Below, piece by piece: positions 45,885-60,274 of a DNA stretch of 64,000 nt (its first letter is position 1; each line of letters opens with the position of its first letter). The position numbers and the translations under genes were made by a program. The notes beneath the pieces were generated by a model. That model was not told the DNA's origin and searched no databases. It worked only from the letters and a program-made list of their open reading frames with translations. Source of the stretch: the human T2T-CHM13v2.0 reference genome, Homo sapiens. The stretch lies in the NCBI RefSeq assembly GCF_009914755.1, contig NC_060929.1. One strand, written 5' to 3'.

Positions 45885-48020
45885 CACAAAAGTAAAAATT
45901 GGCAAATAGGATCTAATTAAACTTAAGAGCTTCTGCATAGCAAAAGAAACCATCAGCAGAGTCAACTGACAACCTACAGAATGGGAGAAAAATTTTGCCA
46001 ACTGTGCATCTGACAAAGGTCTAATGCCCAGAATTTATAAGGAACTTAAACAAATTTACAAGAAAAAAACACCATTAAAATGTGGGCAAAGGACACGAAC
46101 AGACACTTTTCAAAAGACATACATGCAGTCAACAAGCATATGAAAAAAAGCTTAATAATCATTAGAGAAATGCAAATCAAAACCACAATGAGATACTATT
46201 TCACACTAGTCAAATAGCTTCAAAGACTTAAATGTTAGACCTAAAACCATAAAAACCCTAGAAGAAAACTTAGGCAATACCATTCATGACATAGGCATGG
46301 GCAAGGACTTCATGACTAAAATACCAAAAGCAATGGCAACAAAAGCCAAAATAAACAAATGGGATCTAGTTAAACTAAAGAGCTTCTGCAGAGCAAAAGA
46401 AACTACCATCAGAGTGAACAGACAACCTACAGAATGACAGAAAATTTTTGCAATCTACCCATCTGACAAAGGGCTAATATCCAGACTCTACAAAGAACTT
46501 AAACAAATTTACAAGAAAAAATCAAACAATCCCATCAAAAAGTGGGCAAAGGATATGAACAGACACTTTTCAAAAGAAGACATTTATGCAGCCAACAGAC
46601 ACATGAAAAAATGCTCATCATCACTGGTCATCAGAGAAATGCAAATCAAAACCACAATGAGATACTATCTCACACCAGCTAGAATGGCTATCATTAGAAA
46701 GTCAGGAAACAACAGGTGCTGGAGAGGATGTGGAGAAATAGGAACACTTTTACACTGTTGGTGGGAGTATAAACTAGTTCAACCATTGTGGAAGACAGTG
46801 TGGCAATTCCTCAAGGATCTAGAACTAGAAATACCATTTGACCCAGCGATCCCATTACTAGGTATATACCCAAAGGATTATAAATCATGCTGCTATAAAG
46901 ACACATGCACATGTATGCTTATTGTGGCACTATTCATAATAGCAATGATTTGGAACCAACCCAAATGTCCATCAATGACAGACTGGATTAAGAAAATGTG
47001 GCACATATACACCATGGAATACTATGCAGCCATAAAAAAGGATGAGTTCATGTTCTTTATAGGGACATGGATGAAGCTGGAAACCACTATTCTGAGCAAA
47101 CTGAAAACCAAATACTGCATGTTCTCACTCATAGGTAGGAATTGAACAATGAGAACACTTGGACACAGGGTGGGAAACATCACACAGCGGGGCCTGTCAG
47201 TGGGTGGGGGGCTATGGGAGGGATAGCATTATGAGAAATACCTAATGTAAATGACGAGTTAATGGGTGCAGCAAACCGACACGGCACATGTATACATATG
47301 TAACAAACCTGCACATTGTGCACATGTACCCTAGAACTTAAAGTATAATTTTCAAAAAAAAAAAAAAGTCAAAAAATAACAGATGCTGGCAAGGTTGTGG
47401 AGAAAAGGAAACACTTATACACTGTTGGTGAGGGTGTGAATCAGTTCAACCATTGTGGAAAGCAGTGTGGTGACTCCTCAAAGAGCTAAAAACAGAAGTA
47501 CCATTCAACCCAGCAATCCCATTACTGTGTATAAGACACATGCATGTGTATGTTTATTGCAGCAGTATTTACAATAGCAAAGACATGGAACCAACCTAAA
47601 TACTCATCAATGGTAGACTGGATAAAGAAAATGTGGTACATATACACCATGGAATGCTAAGCAGCCATAAAAAATGAATGAGGTCATGTCCTTTGCTGGA
47701 ACATGGATGGAGCTGGAAGCCATTATCCTTAGTAAACTAATGCAGGAACAGAAAACCAAATACAACATGTTCTCAATTATAAGTGGAGGCTAAATGATGA
47801 GAACACATAGACACAAAGAAGGGAACAACAGACACTGGGGCCTATCAGAAGGTGGATGGTGGGAGGAGGAAGAGGATCAGGAAAAATAAAGAGTACTAGA
47901 CTTATTGGCTGGGTGATGAAATAATCAGTACAACAAACCCCTGTGAAACAGGTTTTCCTACATTACAAACCTGGACATGTACCACTGAACTTAAAGTTCC
48001 AAAATAAAAATAAAAAATAA
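45885..48020 (+). mobile_element. Old L1PB/L1PA 3' part interrupted by a younger L1PA
   Basis: ORF2 C-terminal homology 45885-46219 resumes at ~47363 (AAAAAGTCAAAAAATAAC) and runs to a 3'UTR and A-tail. Confidence 0.85.
46220..47367 (+). mobile_element. 5'-truncated L1PA (L1PA5/6-like) nested in the older L1
   Basis: Track ORF 46555..47145 is the ORF2p C-terminus, followed by 3'UTR and poly(A). Confidence 0.9.
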
Positions 48021-48792
48021 ATGAGATAGTACTTAAATGTTTATTCCTGGATGACATTCAGTAAATGTAAGCTTACAGTAAATACTGTAAGCATTCAGTA
48101 AATGCTTACTATAGGTGGTACATTCCCAGAGTGGCAGTTTGAGGAGCTCTGCAATCATGTTCCCCAGCAAAACAATCATAAGTGGTTAAAATTCTTTACA
48201 AATAACCCCTTAAAGTCTGGCAATTTTCCTAAGGACATACAGTAAAAGAAGAAACATTTATTTGAGAAAATCTATTAAATCCTGTCAAGAACCCCAAGAA
48301 TTCGTGGCACTTGAGTCACAGTGCATTCCCTGTCTCCCCCACACCAGCTCAGTGTCACAGAAGCTCAATTCAAGTTTGATGTGGCCCCTCAGCTCCCTGT
48401 CAAGGAGTATAGTATCTCCCTATAAGACAAGGAAAGCTTATTTCTATTTCTTGTCACTTCAGCTTCAATTTGCAGAGGTTAATTCCTGCTTATTTCAGCT
48501 AAGAGGTCAGGACTCCCTTTACTTACCCAGCCCACACTCATAGAGCAGAAGGTCTACCCCAGGAATGGTAGTTTTCTTTGTTCATTTGGGCTGCTGTAAC
48601 AAAGCTACCATAAACTGGATGGCTTAAACAACAAACATTGATCTCTCATGGTTCTGGCGTCCAAGATCAAGGAGCCAGTAGGTTTGGTGTCTAGTGAACC
48701 ACTTTTTGGTTCACAGATGACCATCTTTTCACTCAGTTTTCCATGGCAGAAAGAGGTCAGAGAGCTCTCTGGGATATCTTTTATAAAGGCAC

Positions 48793-49248
48793 TGTGAAAG
48801 GAATATATTTTGGGCCCCCAAAATCACTAAACTAAAAGAAAAACTCAAGCTGGCAACTGCCCTGGGCAAACCTGCCTCCCATTTTATTCAAAGTCATCCC
48901 TCTGTTCACTGAGATAGATGCATATTCTGATTGCCTCATTTGGAAAAGCATATCAGAAACTCAAGAGAATGCAACATTTTTCTCTTACCTACCTGTGGCC
49001 TGGAAGCTGCCTCCCTACTTCAAGTTGTCCCTCCCCCTGCCTTTCTGGATGGAACCAATGTACTTCTTAAATAGATTGACTGATGTCTCATGTCTCCCTA
49101 AAATATATAAAACCAAGCTGTGCCCCAACCACCTTGGGCACATGTGGTCAGGACTTCCTAAGTCTGTGTCACAGACGCGCATCCTCAACCTTGGCAAAAT
49201 AAACTTTCTAAATTAACTGAAACCTGTCTCAGATTTTCTGGGTTTACA
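48793..49248 (+). mobile_element. ERV1 solo LTR (MER4-group) nested in an MLT1 LTR
   Basis: TGTGAAAGGAA...GGGTTTACA with 4-bp TSD GCAC (48789-48792, 49249-49252); host MLT1 ~48570-49400 on minus. Confidence 0.82.
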
Positions 49249-52200
49249 GCACTAATTCCATTCATGAAGGCTCTACCTTCATGACCTGATCACTTCTCAA
49301 AGGCTCCACTTTCTCATATAATCAATACCAGCATGTTGGGGGTTAAAACTGCAATGCATAAATTTGCAGGGTGGGCAAAAAATATTCAATTCATAACAGC
49401 AAGATAAAAGTGCTGGGGCCCCAAATGCTTTTACACCAGCTCACTCTAGAGTGGAGGTTCTATATGGGAAGAAAAGCAAAAAAACTAGAGGCTACCATCC
49501 CTGCCCAGTACTAGGCTCATAAAACAGGGCTGTCACTTCTGTCCCCAACCCTGGAGAAGTGGCTCAGAGATTTTGCTAAAATGTGGAGGCAGTGCAAGGC
49601 TCTCCCTAAAGGAACTAACTTTATTTGAAACAGAGCATGATAAAGCTTACACATAAGCGTGATTTCAAAACAATGAAGATTTGGGTAGAAAGCAATTAAG
49701 AGGAGGCTGGTAGCTCTAAGAGAACAGGCTGAGCTATAGGATGCACATTTATTAGAGAGAATCAGGTAAAGAGACACCTAAGAAGAGATCTCCTGGGTTT
49801 ATAACACATCTCAAAAACTCATATCAGTCCTCAAAAACCAACCCTATAAAGGAAACCAAATGATCATGGAGCAATTTGTGTCCAAGGCATTGTCAAAAAC
49901 AAACAGCAGTGAACTGTCAATTAGCAGAGGCCAACAGCAGGATATGATACCAACCAAGGCAGACACCTTTATTTAGAGAGAGCTAGGGGAAAGATAGGGT
50001 CCAATAGAATCTTGCCAAAACTGCCATCATCCCAAGGTGACTGCACATGCCCAATGCTGCCCTCTGAGTGTTATTACAACAGAGACTGTAGACTGGGGGG
50101 GAATATTCTTCACTTAGACTTCCATTTAAATCATTAAACAAATAGTAACAACAACAACGACAAAAACCTGAAGATGGGTAGATCAGTATTCATTGTTGCT
50201 ACATGGATTGCCTGAAACACCCAGTTTCAACAAAAAATTATGAGATATGCAAAGAAACAGGAAGGTGTGACCCACTCACAGGAAAGACAACAGGCAAGAG
50301 AAACTGCCCATGAACTGACCTAGATGTCATATTTAACAAAGATTTCAAAGCAGCCATTGTAAATATGCTCATAAAAACAGAAAACCATGCTTAAAAAAGT
50401 AAAGAAATGTATGATGACAACGTCCCATCAAATAGATCAATAAAGAGATAGAAATTAAACAAAGGAAACAAAAATTCTTATTGTTTTCACATATAGAGAT
50501 ATAATGTACATATTATTGATATTGCAGTATAAATATGTATATAGCGTATGCGTATATATATTTACACGCCTCATAGTATTGTGAAAATTAAGCAAGATTA
50601 TTTGTATAAGACATATACCTTACCATTTTTAATCAACATGAATTAGCTGTCCATATTACTGTCTTTACGTTTCCAAAGCAGATAATTGGGTAAGAAATTT
50701 TATCTGTGACTTTGTGACAGAGTCAAGCTGTTTCCCATAGAAAAGCATAAATGTTACATCAACTACAAACATAACAACAGAAATAATAATATTATAATAA
50801 TTAACATTTGATGTTCGATATCTATGTGCCAAGGACTACACTGTTTTACATGAATTATTGTCTTGATCTTCACAAACTTTCTATTAAGCAGTTAGTTTTT
50901 ATATTTTTTTGAAATTCTAGGTTATAAGAAAGGAAATATACCCTAAATTTACTAAAAAGTAAACACATACATGCATATTTCACACTGTGTGGTCCTCAGA
51001 TAAGTTAAACATTTCTCTATAATGAACAATTCTGTATTCTACAACACAGATTCAAGTACCTAAATGATACATTTTTCATAAAGTAAAGCTCATCATACAT
51101 TCACTCACTGAGAAAAACAATGAACTTTGGAGGAGTTGTTAAATGACTTGGTTGTAAAGGGATAAGATTTATTGCCCTACAAAAGCTAACTCCTTGCTGG
51201 GAATTTACTCAGTCTGACTGCATCTCCCAGGAAGAAAAATAAGACCACAGTGACTGCCATTGTCCTCTAACGCCAGTCAATATCATCTGAAACCTTCTCA
51301 TTACTGTGTAAAAGCAGAATCCACGGACTTTTGCATCAAGCATTATACAGGAGCACTTTAGACGAGAAACCAAGAAGGCAAGAGGTGTGGCTGTAGAATC
51401 ATATTTTGTCCCAGCCTGAATCACTCTGACTATAGAGGTCACTCATCTCCTGAACTACACACAAACATTAATACATTGTGGAATATCATTCCCAGTTCAG
51501 GTAAACTATTTGCTTTAAGTTTTCCACAGTCTTTAAAAGCCTCCCAACTATATGAAACAGAATTCTAGATTGTATTTAAATTGTCACATTGCCATCTTGT
51601 GGCTGCAATGGGTAAAAGAGGAAACTGATCATTACTGTGGGGCCCTGAGGCCTTGCCCCTCTGCATGATGCTATTGCAACTGCCTGAGTTCTGTGAGGAT
51701 AATAATGCTCTGTTACTCTCACAGGGACCTGATACAGGATTGAAGAACTTACGTATTATATAGGGAGTGTAATTGCTTTACAGGAAAAAGCATCTAGTAA
51801 GTATAAAATAAGTGAAAATTAAGTTGAAATCTGAAAAGGTCTTGATACAAAGCATTACACTGTACTCCAGAGATGGACCTATGAGGTCAAAATTTGTTCA
51901 GCGGCCTCTACTATTTTCTTTAACTCTGACATTTACAGAATGAATTCTTCCAATGACATAACAGATTTCCAGACACCTGATTCAGGCAGTTACAGGTCCA
52001 CTTTAAAGCAGAGGTCCCTCTAGTGCAAATTCCCCCTGCTTGGCTGATTCTGAGAGCTCCACTAAGACCTGCCTCAAGACAAATATAATTCCCATGCCCA
52101 CTCTGCTGCCTTAAATTCCCAACCCTATTTTACTTTGAGTTATTATTTTCAAAAAACCTTCATCTGAAACATAAATGGCATGTTCTAGTATGGCTACATA

Positions 52201-52849
52201 TAAACATCTAATTACATTTGCTTGTGGAATCATTAATTAATCAAAATTTGTAAACTTGCATATTGAGATCTAATAAGAAAAGTATACATTTTGAAAAGTA
52301 GAAGTGGGTTGTTTTTCAATAATATTCCAGGGCAGGACAATTTTCAAAAAGTAGATGATATAGCTGGGTGACAAAGGAAGAAGCTCCTGCTAAGTTGACT
52401 GGAGAGGTGGAACAGGGGTTAGGTAGTTACTCAGGAAGCCCGGAAGGAGGAAAGGGGGGAAAAAAGGCAGCCCAGGGCATTTAAAGAAAAATTACAAAAT
52501 CTGGAACATTGCATCTTAGTGTCTCAGTTTGAGACTACTTTGCAATTTAAGACCCATAACTGTCTCCCTATGCACTCTAAGGAAAGAGTGCAAGTGATAG
52601 AAAGCAAGTAGCAGTTCCCAAGAAGCTGCCACTGTGAAGAGAATGAGCAACCACAGGATGAAAAGGCTCAAAGACCTCCAGCTTATGTGGTAGAGCATCT
52701 CTGGAAGTGAACTCTCAAAAAACACAGCTTAACCATTACGCACGCATTATATTTATTTCCAAAACCCTATTCATCATGGAAGATTTTTACTGAGTAATAA
52801 TCTCAAAGTAAAAAATAATTATTGCCACTCTTCAACTTACCCCAGCTAT

Positions 52850-54520
52850 TGAGAGGTGACAGCATGCTGGCAGCCCTCACAGACCTCGCTGGCTCTTGGT
52901 GCCTCCTTGGCCTCAGCGCCCATTCTGGCCGCGCTTGAGGAGCCCTTCAGCCCGCCGCTGCACCGTGGTAGCCCTTCTCTGGGCTGGCCGAGGCCGCAGC
53001 CGGCTCCCTGGGCTTGTGGGGAAGTGTGGAGGGAAAGGCACGGGCGGGAACCGGGGCTTCGCAGGGCGCTTGCGGGCCAGCTAGAGTTCCGGGTGGGCGT
53101 GGGCTTGGCGGGCCCCGCACTGGGAGCGCCTGCCGGCCCTGCGGCCCCGGGCAGTGAGGGGCTTAGCACCCGGGCCAGCAGCTGCGGAGGGTGCGCCGGG
53201 TCCCCCAGCAGTGCCGGCCCACCGGCGCTGTGCTCTATTTCTCGCCGGGCCTTAGCTGCCTCCCCGCGAGGCAGGGCTGGGGACCTGCAGCCCGCCATGC
53301 CTGAGTCTCCCGGCAGCCCGCCGTGGGCTCCTGCGCGGCCTGAGCCTCTCCCGGAAGCACCGCCCCCTGCTCCACGGCGCCCGGTCCCATCCACCGCCCA
53401 AGGGCTGAGGAGTGCCGGCGCAAGGCGCGGGACTGGCGGGCAGCTCCACCTAAGGCCCCTGTGGGAGATCCACTGGGTGAGGCCAGCTGGGCTCCTGAGT
53501 CTAGTGGGGACTTGGAGAATCTGCGTGTCTAGCTAAGGGATTGTGAATACACCAATCAGCACTCTGTATCTAGCTCAAGGTTTGTAAACACACCAATCAA
53601 CACCCTGTGTCTACCTCAGGGGGTTTGTGGATGCACCAATCGGCACTCTGTATCTAGCTAATCTGGTGGGGACTTGGAGAATCTTTATGTCTAGCTAAGG
53701 GATTGTGAATGCACCAATGGGCACTCTGTCTAGCTCAAGGTTTGTAAATGCACCAGTCAGCACTCTGTGTCCAGCTAATCTGGTGGGGACTTGGAGAATC
53801 TTTATGTCTAGCTAAGGGATTGTGAATGCACCAATCGGCACTCTGTATCTAGCTCAAGGTTTGTAAATGCACCAATCAGCACTCTGTGTCTAGCTCAGAG
53901 TTTGTAAATACACCAATTCGACACTCTGTATCTAGCTAATCTAGTGGGGAAGTGGAAAACTTTTGTGTCTAGCTCAGGGATTGTAAATGCACCAATCAGC
54001 ACCCTGTCAAAATGGACCAATCGACTCTCTGTAAAATGGACCAATCAGCAGGATGTGGGTGGGGCCAGATAAGAGAATAAAAGCAGGCTGCCTCAGCCAG
54101 CCGTGGCAACCCCCTGGGGTTCTCTTCCACACTGTGGAAGCTTTGTTCTTTCCCTCTTTGCAATGAATCTTGCTGCTGCTCACTCTCTGGGTCCACACTG
54201 CCTTTATAAGCTGTAACACTCACCGTGAAGGTCTGCAGCTTCACTCCTGAAGCCAGCAAGATCACAAACCCACCGGGAGGAACGAGCAACTCCAGACACG
54301 CCACCTTAAGAGCTGTTAACACTCACCGCGAAGGTCTGCAGCTTCACTCCTGAGCCAGTGAGACCAAACCCACCAGAAGGAAGAAACTCCAAACACATCC
54401 AAACATCAGAAGGAACAAACTCCGGACACGCTGCCTTTAAGAACTGTAACACTCGCCGCGAGGGTCCATGGCTTCATTCTTGAAGTCAGTGAGACCAAGA
54501 ACCCACCAATTCCGGACACA
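52850..54520 (+). mobile_element. LTR12C (ERV9) solo LTR, 1671 bp
   Basis: TGAGAGGTGACAGCATGCTGG...AATTCCGGACACA; 4-bp TSD CTAT (52846-52849, 54521-54524); CpG-rich U3. Confidence 0.95.
53495..54100 (+). promoter_or_regulatory. LTR12 tandem CCAAT (NF-Y) enhancer repeats, GATA site and AATAAA-type TATA box
   Basis: Repeated ~40-bp units ACCAATCAGCACTCTGT.TCTAGCT; GATAAG at 54068 and AATAAAA at 54076-54082. Confidence 0.85.
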
Positions 54521-54819
54521 CTATCATCAAACGGTGGGAAACAAGTTAAATGGTTTATTAGGTTTAAAGTGCCATTTTCCATTTACCTTGAATCCCCATA
54601 TTTCTTTTAATCTTAAAAATGTTATGTTGTCTTACTTGTTCTCCCATTGACTCTGGATTTGTAATTTTTTGTAAATAATAGACATGTATCTCCAACTCAT
54701 TAAATTATTTCTACTCCTTGTATTTATTGTCTACTCTTAAGAGGTATGTATCAAAACCATCCTTTGTGGAACCTCACTGTGCTTACATTTGTGAATGCTC
54801 ACTTTAGAAGTTCGATCTT

Positions 54820-55135
54820 GGCCAGATACAGTGGCTCACACCTGTAATCCCAGCATTTTGGGAGGCCCAGGCAGGCAGATCACTTGAAGTCAGGAGTTCG
54901 AGACCAGCCTGGCCAACATGGTGAAAACCCATATCTACTAAAAATACAAAAATTAGCTGGGCATGGTGGCAGATGCCTGTAATCCCAGCTACTCAGGAGG
55001 CTGAGGCGGGAGAGTCACTTGAACCCAGGAGGCAAAAGTTGCACTGAGCTGAGAAGATTGCGCCACTGCACTCCAGCCTGGACGATAGAGCGAGACTCCA
55101 ACTCAAAAAAAAAAAAAAAAAAGAAGAAGAAGAAG
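54820..55135 (+). mobile_element. AluS
   Basis: Full dimer with A/(AAG)n tail and flanking TTAGAAGTT repeat. Confidence 0.9.
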
Positions 55136-56874
55136 TTAGAAGTTAGAGCTGTCACTCCACCCCAAATATCTACCTACAGTTTGATCACTATGGTAACTGC
55201 CTGCCAGTGGTCAACAGATCACTAGAAGCATTTAGAAATGAAATTACAAAATTGACCTGCTCTTGAAGTAGAAGAAAATGATGAAATCATTTTAATAGAA
55301 ATAGAGATTCCACTCATCTCAAATATCAATCCTCTGAAGAACATTAGTTTTAGGAAATTCTTATAAAGCTAAAGATTATTACAGGAATTTCTGGCTTAAG
55401 AAAATTAAAAATAAACTTTTAACATTTTGGAATGTTGAAACACTTCAGTCTTAATTGACATCTTTATTTGGGTGCAGTAGTTTGTCAAAGAAACAAGCTC
55501 TGGAGAGTAGAGTGAGATCACTGGGTCTTGGAATATTTGTATTACTAAATTTACAAAATCTTGAGTTAAACTTAAGATTTCTGAATATTTCTACTAGTGT
55601 GTTTCAGAGGCCCCATCTTGAGCCCACCTTGTGTTGTTTGCTGAGAATCAAAGTTGACCAGGCATGTCTGAAATCTGCAGAAGAAAATGAACAAGCAGAT
55701 AGTTTTGTAGCCTGAGCTGATCTTTATGAGAAGTAGATACACAAAGTCTTAGCCTATTCCAGACTGGAATCTGAGCCAAGTGGTGAATGCGACTGAGGGC
55801 AAATATAATTTATGGCTTATGAGCCTTGGTGCTAGTCTTTGCAAAAAATCAACGTTCTCTCCAGTTCGACTAAATACTCGGCATTGGACTGTAGCACTCA
55901 CCACTCTGAATCTAAGTTTTTCAAGTGTCAGAATCTGGGTTCTGACACTGACCCTGGCATTGTCACAGTGGGCATTAGCTGTACTGACAGACACATACCC
56001 AAAGCTTTTATAGCCAACAGCTGCAGAGAGGGTCAGAGACGCAAAGAAAGAATATGGCAGATGTCCACAAGGTAACTGAAGAGAGATAAACATTTTACAT
56101 CTTCTGCCCTCTCTTTATCATCTTGTGGATTGGCAGTGAGCAGCATAATGAAGAGCAAGCCTTCTAACATACAGCATCAGCCTTTAGCCAAGCTCAAGTC
56201 TAATAAGGTCATTTTCCTGGCCTGGTATTTTACCATTTTACAAAACCATAAACTCTCCCCTCCCAATGCCTCAAAAATGAGTGCAGCAGTGTGACTGCAG
56301 GTTACTCACCTGAAGCCTTTACCAAGAGTCAGTACTGCAGAACAAAACCAGCCCTTTATGTTCTAATCCTCCTTCTGCATCAGTATGATTGCAAACTTCA
56401 TTCATGCTTCAGGATTTTTAGCATTGGTGATTTGTATTAATTTGAAAGCATGCAGCTTACTTTTGTGACAATCAGTTGAGCTCACAGCACAGGCTCTGAA
56501 AAATTATGCCTTTAGTCTGACAGTGCAATTGATATAGAAATTATAATTGGTTGATGAATATAGAACACTTGAATAATATTTTTCAGATTATTTTCATGGG
56601 TTTTCTTCAGTTAGTTTTATTATAATCACATAGTCTTTTCATTTTTAACTGCCAAAATAGAAAAGATATAGACACTAAATTGAGTAAACCTTAGAACAGA
56701 AGCGTATACATCTACAGTTGCCCTGACAACACTGAGCAGGAGGCTGCTGGTGTTCTCACTCCATTTAAGGCCTTGTTGCTGGCTACCTTGTTACTAACAC
56801 TCTTCAATCCATAAGCTTGAAAATGGCATGTTGTTGAACTGTATTGCTATTTAACTACCAAATCTGAGACTCTT

Positions 56875-58748
56875 CAGGATACAAAATCAATGTGCAAAAA
56901 TCAATATCATTCCTATATACCAACAACAGTCAAGCTGAGAGCCAAATCAGGAACGTACTCCCGTTCACAATTGCCACAAAAAGAGTAACATACCTAGGAA
57001 TACAGCTAACTAGGGAGGTGAAAGATCTCTACAGGGAGAACTACAGAACACTGCAAGCAATCAGATGACACAAACAAATGGAAAAACCTTCCATGCTCAC
57101 GGATAGGAAGAATTGATATCATTAAAATGGCCATACTGCCCAAAGCAATTTATAGATTTGATGCTGTTCCTATTAAACTACCACTAACATTCTTCACAAT
57201 ACTAGACAAAATTGTTTGAAAATTCATATGGAACCAAAAAAGACCTCAAATAGCCAAGGCAATCCTAAGCAAAAAGAACAAAACTGGAGATATCACACTA
57301 CCCAACTTTGAACTATACTACAGAGCTACAATAACCAAAACAACATGATATTAGTACAAAAACAGACACATAGACCAATGGAACATAATAAAGAACCCTG
57401 AAATAAGGCCGCACACCTACAACTATCTCATCTTCAACAAACCTGACCAAAACAAGCAATGGCGAAAGGATTCCCTGTTCAATAAATGATGCTGGGATAA
57501 CTAGCCATTTGCAGAAGAGTAAAACTGTACCTCTTCTTTGCACCATATACAAAAATTAACTCAAGATGGATTAAAGACTTAAATGCAAAACCCAAAACTA
57601 TGAAAACCCTGGAAGAAAACCTAGGTAATACCATTCAGGACATAGGCATGGGCAAAGAGTTCCATGACGAAGACACCAAAAGCAATTGCAACAAAAGCAA
57701 AAATTGACAAATGGGATCTAATTAAACTAAAGAGCTTCTGCACTGCAAAAGAAGCTATCGGTAGAGTAAATAGACAACCTGCAGAATAGAAAAAAATTTT
57801 GGCAAACTACACATCTGACAAAGGTCTAATATCCAGCATCTATAAGGGACTAAACACATTTACAAACACACACACACACACACACACACAACTCCATTAA
57901 AAAGTGGGCAAATAACATGAACGGATACTTCCCAAAAGAAGACATAACTGTGACCAACAATTATATGGAAAAAATACTCAGCATCACTGATGATTAGAGA
58001 AATGCAAATCAAAACCACAATGAGATACCATCTCACACCAGTCAGAATGAGATTTTTAAAAGGTCAAAAAATAACAGATGCTGGCAAGATTGTGGAAAAA
58101 AAGAATGCTTATAAACTGTTGGTAGGAGTGTAAATTAGTTCCATCATTGTGGAAGACAGTGTGGCAATTCCTCAAAGACCCAAAGACGGAAATACCATTC
58201 AACCCAGCAATCCCATTACTGAGTATATACCCAAAGGAATTGCATCATTCTGTTATAAAGACACAGTATGCCTATGTTCATTGCAGCATTATTAACAATA
58301 GCAAAGACATGGAATCAACCTAAATGCCCATCAGTGATAGACTGGATTTAAAAAATGTGGTACATATACACCATGAAATACTATGCAGCCATAAAAAAGA
58401 ATGAGATCATGTCCTTTGCAGAAACATGGATGGAACTGGAGGTCATTATCCTTAGCAACTAACACAGGAACATAAAACCAAATACCACATGTTGTCACTA
58501 ATAAGTGGGAGCTAAATGATGAGAACCCATGGACACACAGAGGGGAACAACACACACTGTGGCCTTTGGAGGGTGGAGGGTGGAAGGAGTAAGAGGATCA
58601 GGAAAAATAACTAAAGAGTATTACCCTTCATGCCTGGGTGATGAAATAATCTATACAACAAATCCCCAAGTCACAAATTTACCTATATAATAAACCTGCA
58701 CACGTGCCCCTGAACTTAAAATAAAAGTTAAAAAATAAGTAAAAATAA
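56875..58748 (+). mobile_element. 5'-truncated old L1PA/L1PB with internal (CA)n
   Basis: ORF2 3' half plus 3'UTR; TSD AAATCTGAGA(C/T)TCTT at 56860-56874 and 58749-58763. Confidence 0.88.
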
Positions 58749-59804
58749 AAATCTGAGATTCTTTACAAGTAATTTAAAAAATTTAGACTGCATACTCTCA
58801 TTGCTATAATAATTATATTGTTTGATTACAGTTTTCCAATTTAATATTTTCTACTTCCATTTTCCTTTGACACTTTTAAAAACATTTGTCCTCAATGTAT
58901 ACACTACAACATGTTTATGTTTGCTTTTATCATTATTTTAAAAACAAACATCCTGGATATTTTTACTACTAACTATTTTAAAACATAATTTTTTAAATAG
59001 CCTTAATAAATATCCTAGACTTCTATTTTAAAGCACATAATTAACAAGTATCATTTTTCTGATTCAGAAAAAAATGACTTTTAATTTGCTTTTATTGAAG
59101 GTTACTATGAAAAATTAAACTTCATTGTCACATATTACAACAGGGAGACATCTTAAAAATTCTATGTTGAATTCAGGTAACTGAATTTGAGACTGTGTGA
59201 TTTGTCTTATTATTGGTCTTTATCCTTAGAAAATAATTCCATTGAAATAAAAATAAAGCATGAGTATTATTATTGTAAAGAACTCCACCTTGCCTCTTTT
59301 CTTGTGTTTACCATAGTTCTTGACACATAAGTTCATTTATTTTGTCATAATATTAAAAATATTATGTTTTTTACTGCTTCATGTTGATTCTCCATTTATA
59401 TTCTATTTCTCTTTCACAACAATGATTGTCATGTTCCTTTTACTGTTCTATTTCTATCTTGATAGGACAGTTGTTGCTAAATTATCTTAATTCTCATATT
59501 CATCATACATGAAGGAAATCAAAAGTGCTTTGAACTCTATTTTAAGCTGTTTATACCACTTTTAGTCTTATGGTTTAGATGCCTACCTTTTCCAGAAGTA
59601 CAAATAATCTTCATCTCCCCCAGAATTATTGTTCTAAAAAATATCATTGTAGGACTTCCCCTTCAGCTATGGAGAATTAAATTGTGTCAGACATACCTTC
59701 CCAATGAGAAAAAAAAAAAAAACAGAAAATGATGATAAAATATTTTCTAAATCTCTTTGGTACCATTAAGGGCTTACAAAGACAGGTTAAAGTTTTCAGA
59801 TCTT

Positions 59805-60272
59805 TGTAGCAGACCAATTTCAAAAATGGCCTCAGGGCCCCACACTTCTTTTTTTCAACCCACTGCCTTTGCAGTGTGACTTTGTAGATCCTATGATCAA
59901 AAGATAGACTCTCTTCCCATATCTCTTGTATATAGGCTGTATTTGTGACTTGGAAAGTTTTTAAGTTTTCTGCTTTCTCTCTTGGTTCCTGCTACTGCCA
60001 TGTGTACATGTTCAGTAAATGAGACATATATGTAAGATGACATACTAATAGCTAAAGTGCTCAGGCTTACAGCCAACCAACTTTTAGAAGTGGAACTTTC
60101 TCATTGATTGGTAACTGATTTAAGACAATTGAGAAAACCTAGTTGAAACAAAAGTTCTCAGCAGAGCCTGCCTAAATTGCAAAACTACACAATCATAGTT
60201 AAATAAATGTTTGTTATTTTAAGTTGCTAATGCGTGGAGTGGTTCATTACATAGCATTTGCTGACTGGTATA
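59805..60272 (+). mobile_element. Old MLT1-type LTR
   Basis: TGTAGCAGA...AAAATGGCC...AATAAATGTTTGTTATTTTAAG...CATAGCA. Confidence 0.6.
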
Positions 60273-60274
60273 AT

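Noticed and set aside
52846-53536. Long overlapping ORFs (226 aa and 182 aa) on both strands
   Set aside because: They lie in the GC-rich U3 of LTR12C, where stop codons are scarce; low-complexity Pro/Ala/Gly products with no domain signal.
53495-54050. Regularly spaced ~40-bp repeats superficially like a CRISPR array
   Set aside because: These are the known LTR12 enhancer tandem repeats; no unique spacers, no cas genes, eukaryotic context.
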